From NCBI GenBank assembly GCA_049516875.1, contig JBEKSS010000014.1:19743-83742 (forward strand): a stretch of DNA of 64,000 nt. The letters run 5' to 3'. Position 1 is the first letter of the stretch; each line of letters begins with the position of its first letter. The translations under genes and the position numbers were made by a program. Positions 18,305-28,517 of this stretch are shown here, piece by piece. Under the pieces are notes generated by a model that had not been told where the DNA came from, did not search any database, and saw only the letters and a program-made list of their open reading frames with translations. This stretch comes from Candidatus Bathyarchaeia archaeon. GTDB taxonomy: Archaea > Thermoproteota > Bathyarchaeia > Bathyarchaeales > Bathycorpusculaceae.

Positions 18305-19255
18305 TCACTTTATGTATTTGAGTAGCTGGCACGTCCTGCAAACCTTCTCTGTCGTGGGTTCTCCGCATTCGATGCACTCGTTCAACCCTTCCCTTTTCGC
18401 GGTTTCTTCGAGTGCCGGCCGGATTTTCTCTATCGACTTGAAAATGGTGAATTTTATTCCAGGATGCTTCTCTTCCATCATGTTAAGCATCGCACGCGCG
18501 TCGTTCCTCAAGGCCTCTGAAGCGTAGGGGCACCGGGTGCTCTGGAACCTTATTCCCTTAACGTACGCGTACAATGCAGTTTCCCTCTCGGGAATCTCGC
18601 AAAAAGGCTTTATTCTCCTCACAAGCTTGGGATGCACCTCATCCGTGACCGGCTTCTCCTTCGCTATGCGCAGGACGTCACCGTGGAGAATGTTCAAAAG
18701 AATCGTCTGCGTCTCGTCATCCAGCGTATGGGCTGTTGCAAGCTTGTTCGCACCGATTTTTCTAGCAGCCGTGTTCAACGCTTTTCTCCGCAAGACGCCG
18801 CAGTACGCGCACGGCGTAAGCTTCATATCATCCTTATCCTTCAAGCGTCTCACCATCCGGTCGAACGTAAGGCCAAAAAGCTGTTTGAAAGAAACCACGC
18901 AATGCTCAACATCAAGCTTCTCACAGTTCTCTGCCGCTATCTTCAACGCTTCATCCCGGTACCCTCTGATCCCCTCATCAACCGTCACCGCAACAAGCCG
19001 AGCCTTCGGATGCCTCAACTCTATCCTCGCTAAAACATGCAATAAGCCAACACTGTCTTTCCCTCCCGAAACGGCCACAGCTATCCTGTCATCAAACCTG
19101 AACATCCCATACTTCGCAATCGTCGCCCTCGCCTTCTCCTCAACAGAACCGACGAAACATCTCCTACAGAGACCCACCCCAGAGTAAGGCCTAAAGAAAA
19201 ACGCTTCCCTCCGACTACACACATTGCAAACGGCAGTGTTAACGCTCAACACCAT
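18305..19255 (-). CDS. ncsA: tRNA 2-thiolation protein (TtuA/NcsA/Ctu1 family)
   Basis: SGGKDS PP-loop, CAYCGVLRR, AHTLDD, CPY, terminal Zn fingers. Confidence 0.88.
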   Translation of the reverse strand: MVLSVNTAVCNVCSRREAFFFRPYSGVGLCRRCFVGSVEEKARATIAKYGMFRFDDRIAVAVSGGKDSVGLLHVLARIELRHPKARLVAVTVDEGIRGYRDEALKIAAENCEKLDVEHCVVSFKQLFGLTFDRMVRRLKDKDDMKLTPCAYCGVLRRKALNTAARKIGANKLATAHTLDDETQTILLNILHGDVLRIAKEKPVTDEVHPKLVRRIKPFCEIPERETALYAYVKGIRFQSTRCPYASEALRNDARAMLNMMEEKHPGIKFTIFKSIEKIRPALEETAKREGLNECIECGEPTTEKVCRTCQLLKYIK

Positions 19256-19374
19256 TCACTCTGCAAACATACCTTTCCAGAACTAATAATGCACACAACA
19301 AAACTAAAGTACATTTTGCCCATGGCCCACACAACATGACGTTTGGAGTCTAAGAAAATGCGGTTACGTCTAGT

Positions 19375-20163
19375 TCAAACAGAGTCTGGATAAATTAATT
19401 CTTTCTTATCCTTCTTTCTGAGGTTTGTCTTTTTTCTGCAAAGCAAGAGATAACTTGTTGTTGCCATGACAAGTAATGGTGGCATAAGGGACGTTGGGAA
19501 CTCTGGGACAACACTGCTCCAATGGACAGTTAGCTCAGGAGCATAGTCCGTTAAGTTAGATACGGGTGCTTCCTTAGAATCGAACGCAACGGGTTCACTA
19601 AAACCATAAGACGGCTCAAGAACTATTGTTACTGTTTTAGCGGTGCCATTCAAAGCGTCTCTGACAGCATCAACCACGCTCCAATTGTACCATTCATAAG
19701 AGGTTCCAACCGTTACCGAGTCCATTGATGTCATATTGTAGCTCGGCATATTGGAATATGTCAACGTCAGCTCCGTCCAAGAATCGTTAGAACATGAATG
19801 AGCATTAATATCGAATGATGTCATTATATCAGGTACCGCGATAATCTCACCATTCTCATACAAGTGAAGTGTAGCCTCGTCAACTACTGCCCCGTCTGGA
19901 ATAGAAGACAGGTTGAATTTCAGCCACACTATGCTTTCGGAGGTTTCATTATCAAGCACAAATAGATAATTCTGGAATAGAAGATCTTCTCGTCCTCCCA
20001 AGATATAGTCTGGCATGTCAGAATCAGCGTATGTATCATCTGTTGGCTTGAGTCCAACTTGTCCAGATTGAGCAAAGACTGTTCTGAACCTAAAAGAAGA
20101 CAACAGCAATACCAGGCCTAGAACAACTACAAGTTTTCTAAAATCAACTTCCTCTCGTCTCAT
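19375..20163 (-). CDS. Secreted DNRLRE-like domain protein with PEF-CTERM-like signal
   Basis: DDTY, LKFNLSSIP..A.L.LY, W.E..LTY.N.P, SKE, PEL; VPEFP + hydrophobic + basic tail. Confidence 0.75.
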   Translation of the reverse strand: MRREEVDFRKLVVVLGLVLLLSSFRFRTVFAQSGQVGLKPTDDTYADSDMPDYILGGREDLLFQNYLFVLDNETSESIVWLKFNLSSIPDGAVVDEATLHLYENGEIIAVPDIMTSFDINAHSCSNDSWTELTLTYSNMPSYNMTSMDSVTVGTSYEWYNWSVVDAVRDALNGTAKTVTIVLEPSYGFSEPVAFDSKEAPVSNLTDYAPELTVHWSSVVPEFPTSLMPPLLVMATTSYLLLCRKKTNLRKKDKKELIYPDSV

Positions 20164-20400
20164 TTTCCGAAGCCCCCCTCTTTTCTGTTCAGTCGTCCTT
20201 CAGATATAAAACTTTTAATAAGACGTAATAGAAGCCGATTTCATGCTTCAGCGCGCGCTAAAATCCCTTCAGCCCACAACCCAAACACTCCCAAAGCGCA
20301 CTTCACATAAGCAAGCTCCAAGTCAAAACGCGCACCGTTCAGCACCCGTTCATGGAAACCCACCTCACTTCACCGCAAGCTCTCAATTCCATGACAAGAT

Positions 20401-20545
20401 TTTGAGTCTCAAAGAAATCATGAATTGAGTACTCAAACAAAAGGACTCAAAACCTAACATCGCATCAACATGCCACAACAACGTTTTGACACTCAAAGAA
20501 ATCACGGGTTGAGTACTCAAACACAAGGGCTCAAAACTCAACATT
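20401..20545 (+). repeat. Two units of the TTGAGTACTCAA-core ~60-bp repeat family
   Basis: CTCAAAGAAATCA...TTGAGTACTCAAACA.AAGG.CTCAAAAC..AACAT at 20401 and 20485. Confidence 0.85.
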
Positions 20546-20693
20546 GAACCGCCAAACATGAACCTTCACACGCCTCCACCCAACATCTCATAGCAGTGTC
20601 TCGCAATCCATGCACCCCAAACCGTTTATCATCTGTTTTCCCAGCACTACTAAAATAAACCAAATGCATTACTCCTTTGAAAGAGGCTGAACA

Positions 20694-21404
20694 ATGGCGA
20701 AGAAACCCGTGAGACGCTCAGAGTACAGAGATACAGTCTACAACAGTGAACGCTGGGTTCTACTCGAAGAGTTAAGAAAGAAAGCCATGCAACTGATGAA
20801 CGTTCTGGGAAAAGCCAATCTTGAAACAGTCGTGCACGGCAGCATCGCAAGAGGAGACGTTACCAAGAAAAGCGACATAGACATTCTCGTACAATCTCAA
20901 GCATCGTCCTTCGCCGTCGAAGCAGCCTTGGAAAAAGCAAACATATTCGCATACAGACGTTTGGTCGTGCAGGCTACACCCTCTTACGCGATGAAGGCAC
21001 ACATCGAAATCGACGAGGCGACAAGCGTCTCGTTTCCGCTCATGAAACTGCGCAAGGTTGAACGAGAGTTCTACAAGTTCGGCGGAGAAGCCGACCTACA
21101 GACTTTAAACGAGGGCTTGCGCGTACCCGGCGTGGACAAACGTTTGATGCTCGTTGAACCCACCATAAAAGGCCACCGTGAAAGCGCCATTGTCGGACGT
21201 GAAGAACACGCTGCAAAACTGCTCGGAATATCCGTTGAAACCGTTCTAGACCGGGTGCACGCTCTGCTCAGAAGAGACACCGTTGGCAGAACCGGAGTCT
21301 TCATAAAGCACGAATTGTCCGAGAGAGAGACGTTTGAGATGGCTCTGAGGCGGCTTGCAGACAGGAACCCTGCTGTCCGCCGGCGACTAGAAAGCCTGTA
21401 TTAA
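20694..21404 (+). CDS. Archaeal nucleotidyltransferase-domain protein
   Basis: HGSIARGDV...SDIDI; GVDKRL, GRTGVF. Confidence 0.85.
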   Translation: MAKKPVRRSEYRDTVYNSERWVLLEELRKKAMQLMNVLGKANLETVVHGSIARGDVTKKSDIDILVQSQASSFAVEAALEKANIFAYRRLVVQATPSYAMKAHIEIDEATSVSFPLMKLRKVEREFYKFGGEADLQTLNEGLRVPGVDKRLMLVEPTIKGHRESAIVGREEHAAKLLGISVETVLDRVHALLRRDTVGRTGVFIKHELSERETFEMALRRLADRNPAVRRRLESLY

Positions 21405-21408
21405 GCCT

Positions 21409-21981
21409 CTATTCTGGGTAGAAAATGAGGTTTTGTTCTTCCAGTATCGCTTGAAGCTTGCCAACTGCCTCATAGACGTCCTGTTCTTTCTTCGCGCCCA
21501 CGCACACCAGCTTTCCCGCTGAGAATATGAGGAACACCACCTTCGGTTCGTCCATTCTGTAAACCGCTCCTGGAAACTGTTCAGGCTCGTACATCACCTT
21601 TTTGAGTTTGTAAACGACGTTCTCCAAGTCTATTTCACCGTTTAACTCCGCAGAAGCAACGACGTTCTGCACGGTGATGGCCGGCTTGTTAGCGATTGGT
21701 ATTCCGTGGCTTTTCAGCTCCTTCGTCACCTTGTTCACCGCCTGTATCGCTTCCTTCTCCGATTTCGCTCCTGTGCAAACCATCTTACCGGTTTCAAATA
21801 TCAACGTGGCTGTCTTGGGCTTCTTCAACCGGAAAACAAGTCCAGGGAACACCCTTGGACTGTACTCAGCGTGCGGAAACTTCTCAACAATCATTTTCAG
21901 GCTTATTCTTTGGTTGAGCGCTGCCGAAGCAACTATGTTCTGGATGTGTATGGACGGTTTTCTCTTGGCCATTCTATTCAT
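21409..21981 (-). CDS. tbp: TATA-box binding protein
   Basis: Two repeats NIVAS...Y.P..FPG...LIF..GK.VC.GAK. Confidence 0.97.
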   Translation of the reverse strand: MNRMAKRKPSIHIQNIVASAALNQRISLKMIVEKFPHAEYSPRVFPGLVFRLKKPKTATLIFETGKMVCTGAKSEKEAIQAVNKVTKELKSHGIPIANKPAITVQNVVASAELNGEIDLENVVYKLKKVMYEPEQFPGAVYRMDEPKVVFLIFSAGKLVCVGAKKEQDVYEAVGKLQAILEEQNLIFYPE

Positions 21982-22075
21982 CTCAAACCTGCACCATAGG
22001 ATATAGTAAGGCTTTATATAATACAGTTTTTATTTGAAACGATGTTTTTCTGCCTCTCGAAAGAGAACCAGATCA

Positions 22076-23185
22076 TCATCGACTTGAGTTTTGGTAGAGC
22101 GAGAAGCGAAGAAGTGCAGCCATGCCGCCGAGTCCGCTGAGCTGAGTTCCTGCCTCGTGTTCAGTGCTGACAACAGTTATCGTGCCGCCTTTCTGCTCAA
22201 CCGTTTCCATCATCTCTTCAATGAGCAGACGCTTCTCATCACTAGACTCGCGGAGCATCTTGTCCGTCAAAACAAGCCTTTCAACGGCGCCGAGCCCTGC
22301 CGTTCTCTTGACTTCTTCAAGCCCGTAGGCAACTGCTGCTTCGTTTTTTCCCAGCCTTTTCAAAACTTCTTCAACAACCCCCGTTTCCTCGGCGATCCGC
22401 AGCTGTTTCATGGTTTTCAGCAGCACACCTGAGCGGAGCGCCTCATGTAATCCAGCGATGCCCCCGTTGTTGACGCTTTTCACGTCTGCCACTGAGCCTG
22501 CAACGTCAGCTGCTTCGTTTTCCACGAATCTTGCGAAGTCGTTCTTGATGAAGCCTACGCCGATGATTGCTATCGGGCTACGTGCTGGTGTCCAGACTTG
22601 ACGCAGACTGTTCAGCGCCTTTCTGAAATACTCTTTCGTGGCTTCGCTTCTCTTGTCCGTCTCGAGCTTTCCAGGAAGTCTTATCCTCTCTTCGACCCTT
22701 TCCTCGATTCCATACTGAGCCGTCGTTGCGATCAAGTAGCCTTCATCGTCTATTGAGATTATTATGATGGACTTTTCAGACGTTCTGCTGGCTCTTTTCA
22801 GCCTTTCAACCTGATGTCTCGCCCAAGCTTTCTTCACGATGGTGATCGGCGTGTTCAAAGTGATGTTGAGCGTGTGATGCGCACCCGTGGGCACCGTTTC
22901 CGGCGCGTCGCAGATTGTGCCGTGCACCCTGAGCCTGCCCAAGAACTTGTCCCAACCGACATCTTCCACGTTGATTCCCAGAAAAACAGGAACTCTCTCC
23001 CCCCGTTTGGGTCTGCCGTATTTTTTATCGACCTTGAGTTCCCGGGTCGTGCTCGCGTAGACTTTGTCGTTTTTGTATATGACGTTGTACAGGTGCCAGA
23101 AGTCGTCAAGTGTCTCAGGGATTACCTTCGCAAAACCTTTCTTGAGGTTTATCTCCAAAATCTTCAAAATCCCTTGCCCTCGCAA
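22076..23185 (-). CDS. pelA: mRNA surveillance protein pelota
   Basis: PETLDDFWHL, RLRVHG, HHTL, AYG..EV, LGGMAALLRF. Confidence 0.95.
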   Translation of the reverse strand: MRGQGILKILEINLKKGFAKVIPETLDDFWHLYNVIYKNDKVYASTTRELKVDKKYGRPKRGERVPVFLGINVEDVGWDKFLGRLRVHGTICDAPETVPTGAHHTLNITLNTPITIVKKAWARHQVERLKRASRTSEKSIIIISIDDEGYLIATTAQYGIEERVEERIRLPGKLETDKRSEATKEYFRKALNSLRQVWTPARSPIAIIGVGFIKNDFARFVENEAADVAGSVADVKSVNNGGIAGLHEALRSGVLLKTMKQLRIAEETGVVEEVLKRLGKNEAAVAYGLEEVKRTAGLGAVERLVLTDKMLRESSDEKRLLIEEMMETVEQKGGTITVVSTEHEAGTQLSGLGGMAALLRFSLYQNSSR

Positions 23186-23380
23186 CTTGGCTGGTTAACA
23201 CTCAATACTCTTCTCCTCATATTAAAAATCATAGATTCATCAGGCGTGAATCAACCAACCTTCATGTCGAACAAATGCTGTTTTGAATGGGGGGGGTGCC
23301 CCCTCACAGTGTTTTGGTTTTCTACTAGATTGTCGAAAAGTCTATCAGTGTGTCTTGTGTAGCTTCTGCTTCTGACTTGC

Positions 23381-25519
23381 GTGCGGGTGCCGACGTTGGT
23401 GATTGTCGAGTTCAAGTACGATCTGGGCAAGGTTGAAAGGGGCTACAACAACAGGACCTTGTACATAGATCTCTCAAACATGCGCCTTGCAAGTAAACCG
23501 GTGAGCAAAGAAATGAGGGACACGTTCACTGGTGGCCGCGGCTTCAACCTCTGGCTGTTGTGGAACGCTCTGCCCAAGGATCGCGTTGTCAAGTGGGATG
23601 ACCCTGAGAACGAGGTGTGCATCGCCTGCGGCCCGCTGGGCGGAACTCCAGTCTATCCGGGCAGCGGAAAGAGCGTTGCAGTCGCAATCTCCCCGCTGAC
23701 CGACAGCGTGATTGACTCGAACGTCGGCGGCTATTTTGGTCCATACTTGAAATTCGCCGGTTGGGACGCGCTTGAGATTCAGGGAAAGGCCAAATCTGAA
23801 GTGGTCATCTTTATAGATGGCGATGAGGGCAGGGTTCGGGTTGAAGATGCGTCTTCGCTGCCTTCGGAAACTTATCCTATCACGGAGCTCTTGGTCAAGA
23901 AATATGCTCCTGAGAACGGTCAGAGCGTCTCTGTGGTGTCATCGGGGCCGGGGGCTGAGCACACTTTTTTTGGGTGTCTGAACGTTTCGTGGTACGATGC
24001 TGGAAGGAAGATTCACCGGTTCAAGCAGGCTGGAAGAGGCGGGATTGGCACGGTGTTGCGTGATAAGAGGGTGAAGGCTGTGGTGGTGAAGTATTCGGGC
24101 AGGGTTTCCGTGGAGACTAACGGTCCTGCTGACGCGGAGATGGTGAAGCGGGCGGGGTCGGCTCACAGCATGGAGATACGGAGGCTCGATGGGATGCAGA
24201 ATGAGATGGCGGTTGTGGGCACGACGAACCTGGTGACCACCATGAACGAGTTTGACCTGTTGCCCGTGGACAACTTCAGGTTCGGAAGCTCTCGAAGAGC
24301 GGGAGAGTTGGGCAAGGAGGTTTACAGGAAGAAGTTCAGCAAGGGGTTTGACGGTTGCTGGATGGGTTGTGCGATGGCGTGCGCTCACGGCGTCAAGGAC
24401 TTCGAACCGAGGACGGGGCCGTTTAGGGGGCGGAGAGTTTTCGTGAGCGGTCCGGAGTACGAGACCATCGCGGGGGTGGGCAGCAGTTGCGGAATCTTTG
24501 ACGCGGACTACGTTGTTGAAATGAACTTCTACTGTGATTTGTACGGGTTGGACACGATTTCGGTGGGAACGGCCACGGCGTTTGCGATGGAGTGCTACGA
24601 GATGGGATTAATCGACAGGGGAGTGACGGGCGGCTTGGAGCTGAGGTTTGGGAACAAGGAGGCAGCGTTGGAGCTTGTGCATCAGATGGCAAGGGGTGAA
24701 GGGTTCGGCATGGTGGTGGGTCGGGGTATAAGGCGGATGAAACGGGTTTTCGCGGAGAAGTATGGTGCTGACCCGAACGTGTTGCGGGACATTGGGATGG
24801 AGGCTAAGGGGTTGGAGTTTTCTGAGTATGTTACGAAGGAGTCGTTGGCGCAGCAGGGCGGTTATGGGCTTGCTTTGAAGGGGCCTCAGCACGATGAGGC
24901 ATGGTTGATATTCTTGGACATGGTGCACAATCTGATGCCGACGTTTGAGCAGAAGGCTGAGAACCTGCACTGGTTTCCGATGTTTCGCACGTGGTTTGGG
25001 CTTAACGGTTTGTGCAAGCTTCCGTGGAACGATGTGGTTCCGGAGGACAACAAGAACACGAAGGAGCCGGCTAAGGTGATGGCTCACGTGGAAAACTATG
25101 CGCGGTTCTTTTCAGCCGTCACGGGCGAGAAGGTCACGGTGGAAGACATGATTCTGATGAGTGAAAGGGTGTACAATTTCCAGCGAATCTTCAACCTGAG
25201 GATGGGTTTCGGTACGCGGGAGTACGATGCGCTGCCTTACCGTGCTGTTGGGCCTGTTACACGGGAGGAGTATGAAAGCCGCGCGGAACGCTACGACAAA
25301 CAGCTCAGGGAAAAAGTCGGCTACGACCCAGAGGGCAAGTCTACGGAAGAGAAGATGGCGGCGTTGCGGAAGTACCGTGAGGCAGAGTACGAGAAGCTGA
25401 AGGATGCGGTGTACGCGAGACGAGGATGGAACAAAAACGGAGTGCCCACCCTGGAGAAAGTGAAGGCGTTGGGGATAGATTTTCCAGACGTGGTGGAGCT
25501 TCTGAGGAAACACGAGTGA
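23381..25519 (+). CDS. aor: Tungsten-containing aldehyde:ferredoxin oxidoreductase family protein
   Basis: SPLT...SNVGG, AGRGGIG, CWMGCAMAC, GPEYET, DLYGLDTIS, Y..RGW...G.P. Confidence 0.93.
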   Translation: MRVPTLVIVEFKYDLGKVERGYNNRTLYIDLSNMRLASKPVSKEMRDTFTGGRGFNLWLLWNALPKDRVVKWDDPENEVCIACGPLGGTPVYPGSGKSVAVAISPLTDSVIDSNVGGYFGPYLKFAGWDALEIQGKAKSEVVIFIDGDEGRVRVEDASSLPSETYPITELLVKKYAPENGQSVSVVSSGPGAEHTFFGCLNVSWYDAGRKIHRFKQAGRGGIGTVLRDKRVKAVVVKYSGRVSVETNGPADAEMVKRAGSAHSMEIRRLDGMQNEMAVVGTTNLVTTMNEFDLLPVDNFRFGSSRRAGELGKEVYRKKFSKGFDGCWMGCAMACAHGVKDFEPRTGPFRGRRVFVSGPEYETIAGVGSSCGIFDADYVVEMNFYCDLYGLDTISVGTATAFAMECYEMGLIDRGVTGGLELRFGNKEAALELVHQMARGEGFGMVVGRGIRRMKRVFAEKYGADPNVLRDIGMEAKGLEFSEYVTKESLAQQGGYGLALKGPQHDEAWLIFLDMVHNLMPTFEQKAENLHWFPMFRTWFGLNGLCKLPWNDVVPEDNKNTKEPAKVMAHVENYARFFSAVTGEKVTVEDMILMSERVYNFQRIFNLRMGFGTREYDALPYRAVGPVTREEYESRAERYDKQLREKVGYDPEGKSTEEKMAALRKYREAEYEKLKDAVYARRGWNKNGVPTLEKVKALGIDFPDVVELLRKHE

Positions 25520-25569
25520 ACAAGGAACCTGCAGACTAGCGCGTATTGACTAAGAAAAGTCAGTGGCTC

Positions 25570-25826
25570 AATGTTGGTTGTCGAGGCCTTGTGTTTGAGT
25601 GCTCAATCCGTGATTTCTTTGAGTGTCAAAACATTGTTGAAGCATGTTGGTTTGAAGCTTTTTTTGCTCAATTCCGCGAGGCTTTTGAGTGTCAAAAGGG
25701 GAATTTTGATGGGTGTTCGTGCGGGTTGCATGTTGGGTTTCGAGCTTCTTCTTTTGAGTACTCAACCTGTGATTTATTCACAAAAAGAGTCAATTTCTAA
25801 ACTCGATTTAAAGCAAGCGCGCGCCA
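25570..25826 (-). repeat. Composite ~250-bp element of the TTGAGTACTCAA family ending at a GCGCGCGC motif
   Basis: Closely similar to 46828-47075, including GAGTCAATTTCTAAACTCGATTTAAA. Confidence 0.85.
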
Positions 25827-26151
25827 GAAACTTCGAGATTGTAGAATCAGCACCTCTTTTGGGACGAGGTAGATCCATTGAGTTTGATGTTCCTCTTGAA
25901 CATCTGTTCTTTGTTGAAACTATCAATCGCCTCGTAAGCCATCTTCAGAGTAATAATGTCCCGTTCCGTCGGAACGTATCAGTAATTTCCATTAGGATGA
26001 ACCCAGAAATTAGCGCCTTGAGTATGCCATTGAACTAGCAAGAGGCGCCGTCCATCAGGAGACAATCTTACCTCAAGCATTGTTGTTTCTTTTGATCGCC
26101 CACCTGGCAAATCCATAGCGGTCGATCAACTATAATCTCGCACCGGCTGTG

Positions 26152-26187
26152 AGTGGAGACGTCTCCCGCACAACCCCTCTTTTTCTA
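26152..26187 (+). repeat. Inverted repeat with palindromic GGAGACGTCTCC core
   Basis: AGTGGAGACGTCTCCCGC...; inverted copy at 27973-28006, direct degenerate copy at 28131-28157. Confidence 0.7.
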
Positions 26188-26275
26188 TGTCAAATCTGGT
26201 GCGCCTTGACGTTTGTGAAGAATGCCTCTGCCCTCGGGTTAGAATAGACAAGTGACAAATGAACGAAAAAGGGGG

Positions 26276-27943
26276 TTATTCGTGTTGGTTGAAGTAGGCG
26301 ACGGCTATTGCTATGTCCTTCATGTTGACGACGCCGTCGTCGTTGACGTCTGCGTTGGGCATCCAATTCGGCGAACTCGGCCTAGTGTTGAACAAGCTGA
26401 CCAGGTAGGCGACGTCTTTCATGTTGACGGTTCCGTCGTACACTCCTGGAGTCGTGCCGGAAACGTCGCCTGGAACGCTCACGTGGATTGTGATGTCGCA
26501 CGTGCATTTGTTGTTTTCAATGTTCACTTCGCCCGGAACAGGCCAAGCGCAAGCGTTCAGAGTGTAGTTGCCGAATGCAAAGCCCGTCGTGTCCCACGTG
26601 AGGGTGATGATCGTAGAGTTTCGGCTTGTGAGGGTTATCTGTGTTTCATTGATTGCGGCTGCGTTGGCGTAGACCGTGACGTTGAATGTTTCTTCGTAGA
26701 CTCCGTTTTGTAAGGTTGCGTTTATGCTGACACCGTACCGCTGCCCCACAACTGTCTTGGCCAGTGTGATATTGCTTATTGCTACGTCGGCAATGGTCAG
26801 AGGATAATTGTCTGTGCTGTTTGCGTCGATGATGTATGGAGCGTCGCCTATCCCGTCGCTGCCAGTATCGTTCTGGTAAGGACCGCTGTACGAGTCTTGA
26901 CCTGCGTAGTCGCTCCAGTAGTTTCCGCCAGCGGGGTAGCCGTCATCCCAGACATTGGTGAACCCACCGATGACTTGAACTGTGTTCCCCACGAAGTTGT
27001 CGTGATAGAAAATGTTGTTGCCAGAGTGTGAATAGACGGCCAAATTGTTGTCTGTGACGTTGTTCCCGACTATGCTGTTGTTGTTACAATTAAAACCGAA
27101 GTAGAATCCGTACTGGATGCATTCCGCTATGTTGTTCCCGACTATGCTGTTGTTATTACAACCTTCGCACCAGAACCCCCAGAAGTCGTGTATCATGTTG
27201 TTTCCGACTATGTTGTTGAAATCCGAACCGAGAAAAATGCCAGCCATGTTGTAACTGATGTTGTTCCCGACTACACTGGTGTTGGAACACCCGAGCGCGA
27301 CACCGTCCTGATTGCCTCCTATGTTGTTCCCGACTACGCTGTCATTGTAGCCGTGACCCCCAACTACGATGCCATCCATCATGTCAGCTGTGACGTTGTT
27401 TCCCACTACTATGCTGTTGCAGGAACTGTCAAGGATGATGCCATCCCACCAGTTGTTTTCTACGTTGTTTTCTTCAACAGTGCAGTAGTTTGCGCCGTTC
27501 AGTGTGATTCCTGCGTGCGGTTCAAGTATGTACCCGCTGCCGTTTCGTATTGTGAAGCCTTTCACATCAACATAATCCGCTTCAACATTAACAACGTCTG
27601 CGGACCAATTTCCTCCTCCGTCGATGGTTGTGTTCTGTGGGTTTTCTCCGACGAGCGACAGCGTTTTGTTCACCTTGACGTTCTCGTAGTACGTTCCTGC
27701 CCTCACGTACACCGTGTCTCCTGGGGCCGCGGCGTCTACGGCCGCTTGTATCGTCGGGTAATCGTCGGGAACCGTTATGGTCGTGGGTGACGACCTTGCG
27801 GGCTGAATCCTAAGGGCCAGAGTTAACATGTTAAACATAAGAAGTGCCACAATTACTCCAAAAAGTAGCCTCTTCGTTTCCACTCCCCATTCCACTCTTA
27901 CTGTATTATTTTCGTACTTATGAATCTTGCGTTGCAGACTCAT
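26276..27943 (-). CDS. Surface protein: pectin-lyase/NosD beta-helix, Ig/CARDB-like domain, dockerin-like C-terminus
   Basis: VPDDYPTIQAA, GNN repeats, GGNYWSDY, DGIGD.PY, DVNDDGVVNMKDI. Confidence 0.88.
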   Translation of the reverse strand: MSLQRKIHKYENNTVRVEWGVETKRLLFGVIVALLMFNMLTLALRIQPARSSPTTITVPDDYPTIQAAVDAAAPGDTVYVRAGTYYENVKVNKTLSLVGENPQNTTIDGGGNWSADVVNVEADYVDVKGFTIRNGSGYILEPHAGITLNGANYCTVEENNVENNWWDGIILDSSCNSIVVGNNVTADMMDGIVVGGHGYNDSVVGNNIGGNQDGVALGCSNTSVVGNNISYNMAGIFLGSDFNNIVGNNMIHDFWGFWCEGCNNNSIVGNNIAECIQYGFYFGFNCNNNSIVGNNVTDNNLAVYSHSGNNIFYHDNFVGNTVQVIGGFTNVWDDGYPAGGNYWSDYAGQDSYSGPYQNDTGSDGIGDAPYIIDANSTDNYPLTIADVAISNITLAKTVVGQRYGVSINATLQNGVYEETFNVTVYANAAAINETQITLTSRNSTIITLTWDTTGFAFGNYTLNACAWPVPGEVNIENNKCTCDITIHVSVPGDVSGTTPGVYDGTVNMKDVAYLVSLFNTRPSSPNWMPNADVNDDGVVNMKDIAIAVAYFNQHE

Positions 27944-27972
27944 AGAAAAAAGTTCTATTCAAAGAAGGCAGG

Positions 27973-28006
27973 TAGAAAAAAGGGAGTCGCGGGAGACGTC
28001 GCCACT
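27973..28006 (-). repeat. Inverted repeat partner of 26152-26187
   Basis: Reverse complement AGTGGCGACGTCTCCCGCGACTCCCTTTTTTCTA. Confidence 0.7.
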
Positions 28007-28099
28007 GGCCATAGGCGTGCACGTTGCGCATTTTTGGGAAAGTTATGAATTCAAGTCTTTGCAACCAAAAAACCCGAGAGCGCAAGTCACATCATGGAA

Positions 28100-28124
28100 G
28101 CAGGCCGGTTGGGATTCGAACCCC
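28100..28124 (-). other. tRNA 3'-end fragment (T-arm + acceptor strand), possible old att remnant
   Basis: Minus strand GGGGTTCGAATCCCAACCGGCCTGC; no 5' half found. Confidence 0.55.
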
Positions 28125-28290
28125 ACTCTGAGTGGCGATATCTCCCGATGTCCCCTCAAAAAGTTGGCTTTCTGCAGCTTCTGATATACCCAGTTAAAAA
28201 AAAAGTCAGCCACTCACATAAGCATTGTTCTACATTACATATAGCAGAATGTTCTATGTGGAAAGTCAATTCTGCTGTCTGTATGCTTCT

Positions 28291-28478
28291 TAGCGCGCAT
28301 GCGTGTTCCTAAAATGGTCAAAAATGGTTTTAATTCCGCTCTGCCCGTTTATCCTGTGTTCGAGGAGGACAAAATACCCAGAGAAATCAAGAACAGACAC
28401 GGAGCCCAAGGCCGTCCCTAGATCATGAAGGCGAATAAAAACCATTTTAGGCCAATTTCGGAACAAACATGCGCGCTA
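28291..28478. mobile_element. MITE with 38-bp terminal inverted repeats beginning TAGCGCGC
   Basis: Left TAGCGCGCATGCGTGTTCCTAAAATGGTCAAAAATGGT vs right (reverse complement) TAGCGCGCATGTTTGTTCCGAAATTGGCCTAAAATGGT, 32/38 identical. Confidence 0.8.
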
Positions 28479-28517
28479 AGTTCTGCGCTATTTTTTACAC
28501 ACCGTTAATAAATTTTT

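Noticed and set aside
20401-20545. TTGAGTACTCAA repeats as a CRISPR array
   Set aside because: Units are about 60 bp, degenerate, at most two in tandem, with no regular unique spacers and no cas genes
23939-25523. Long antisense ORFs inside aor (likewise inside radA, topA, pelA, STAND, GCS2)
   Set aside because: Shadow frames of well-supported genes
25546-26038. ORFs overlapping the repeat elements (also 46812-47027, 42179-42565, 20243-20428)
   Set aside because: Their mutual similarity comes from translating the repeat; frames and strands are inconsistent
28100-28170. Complete tRNA gene
   Set aside because: Only the T-arm and 3' acceptor strand are present; no D-arm, anticodon arm or 5' strand
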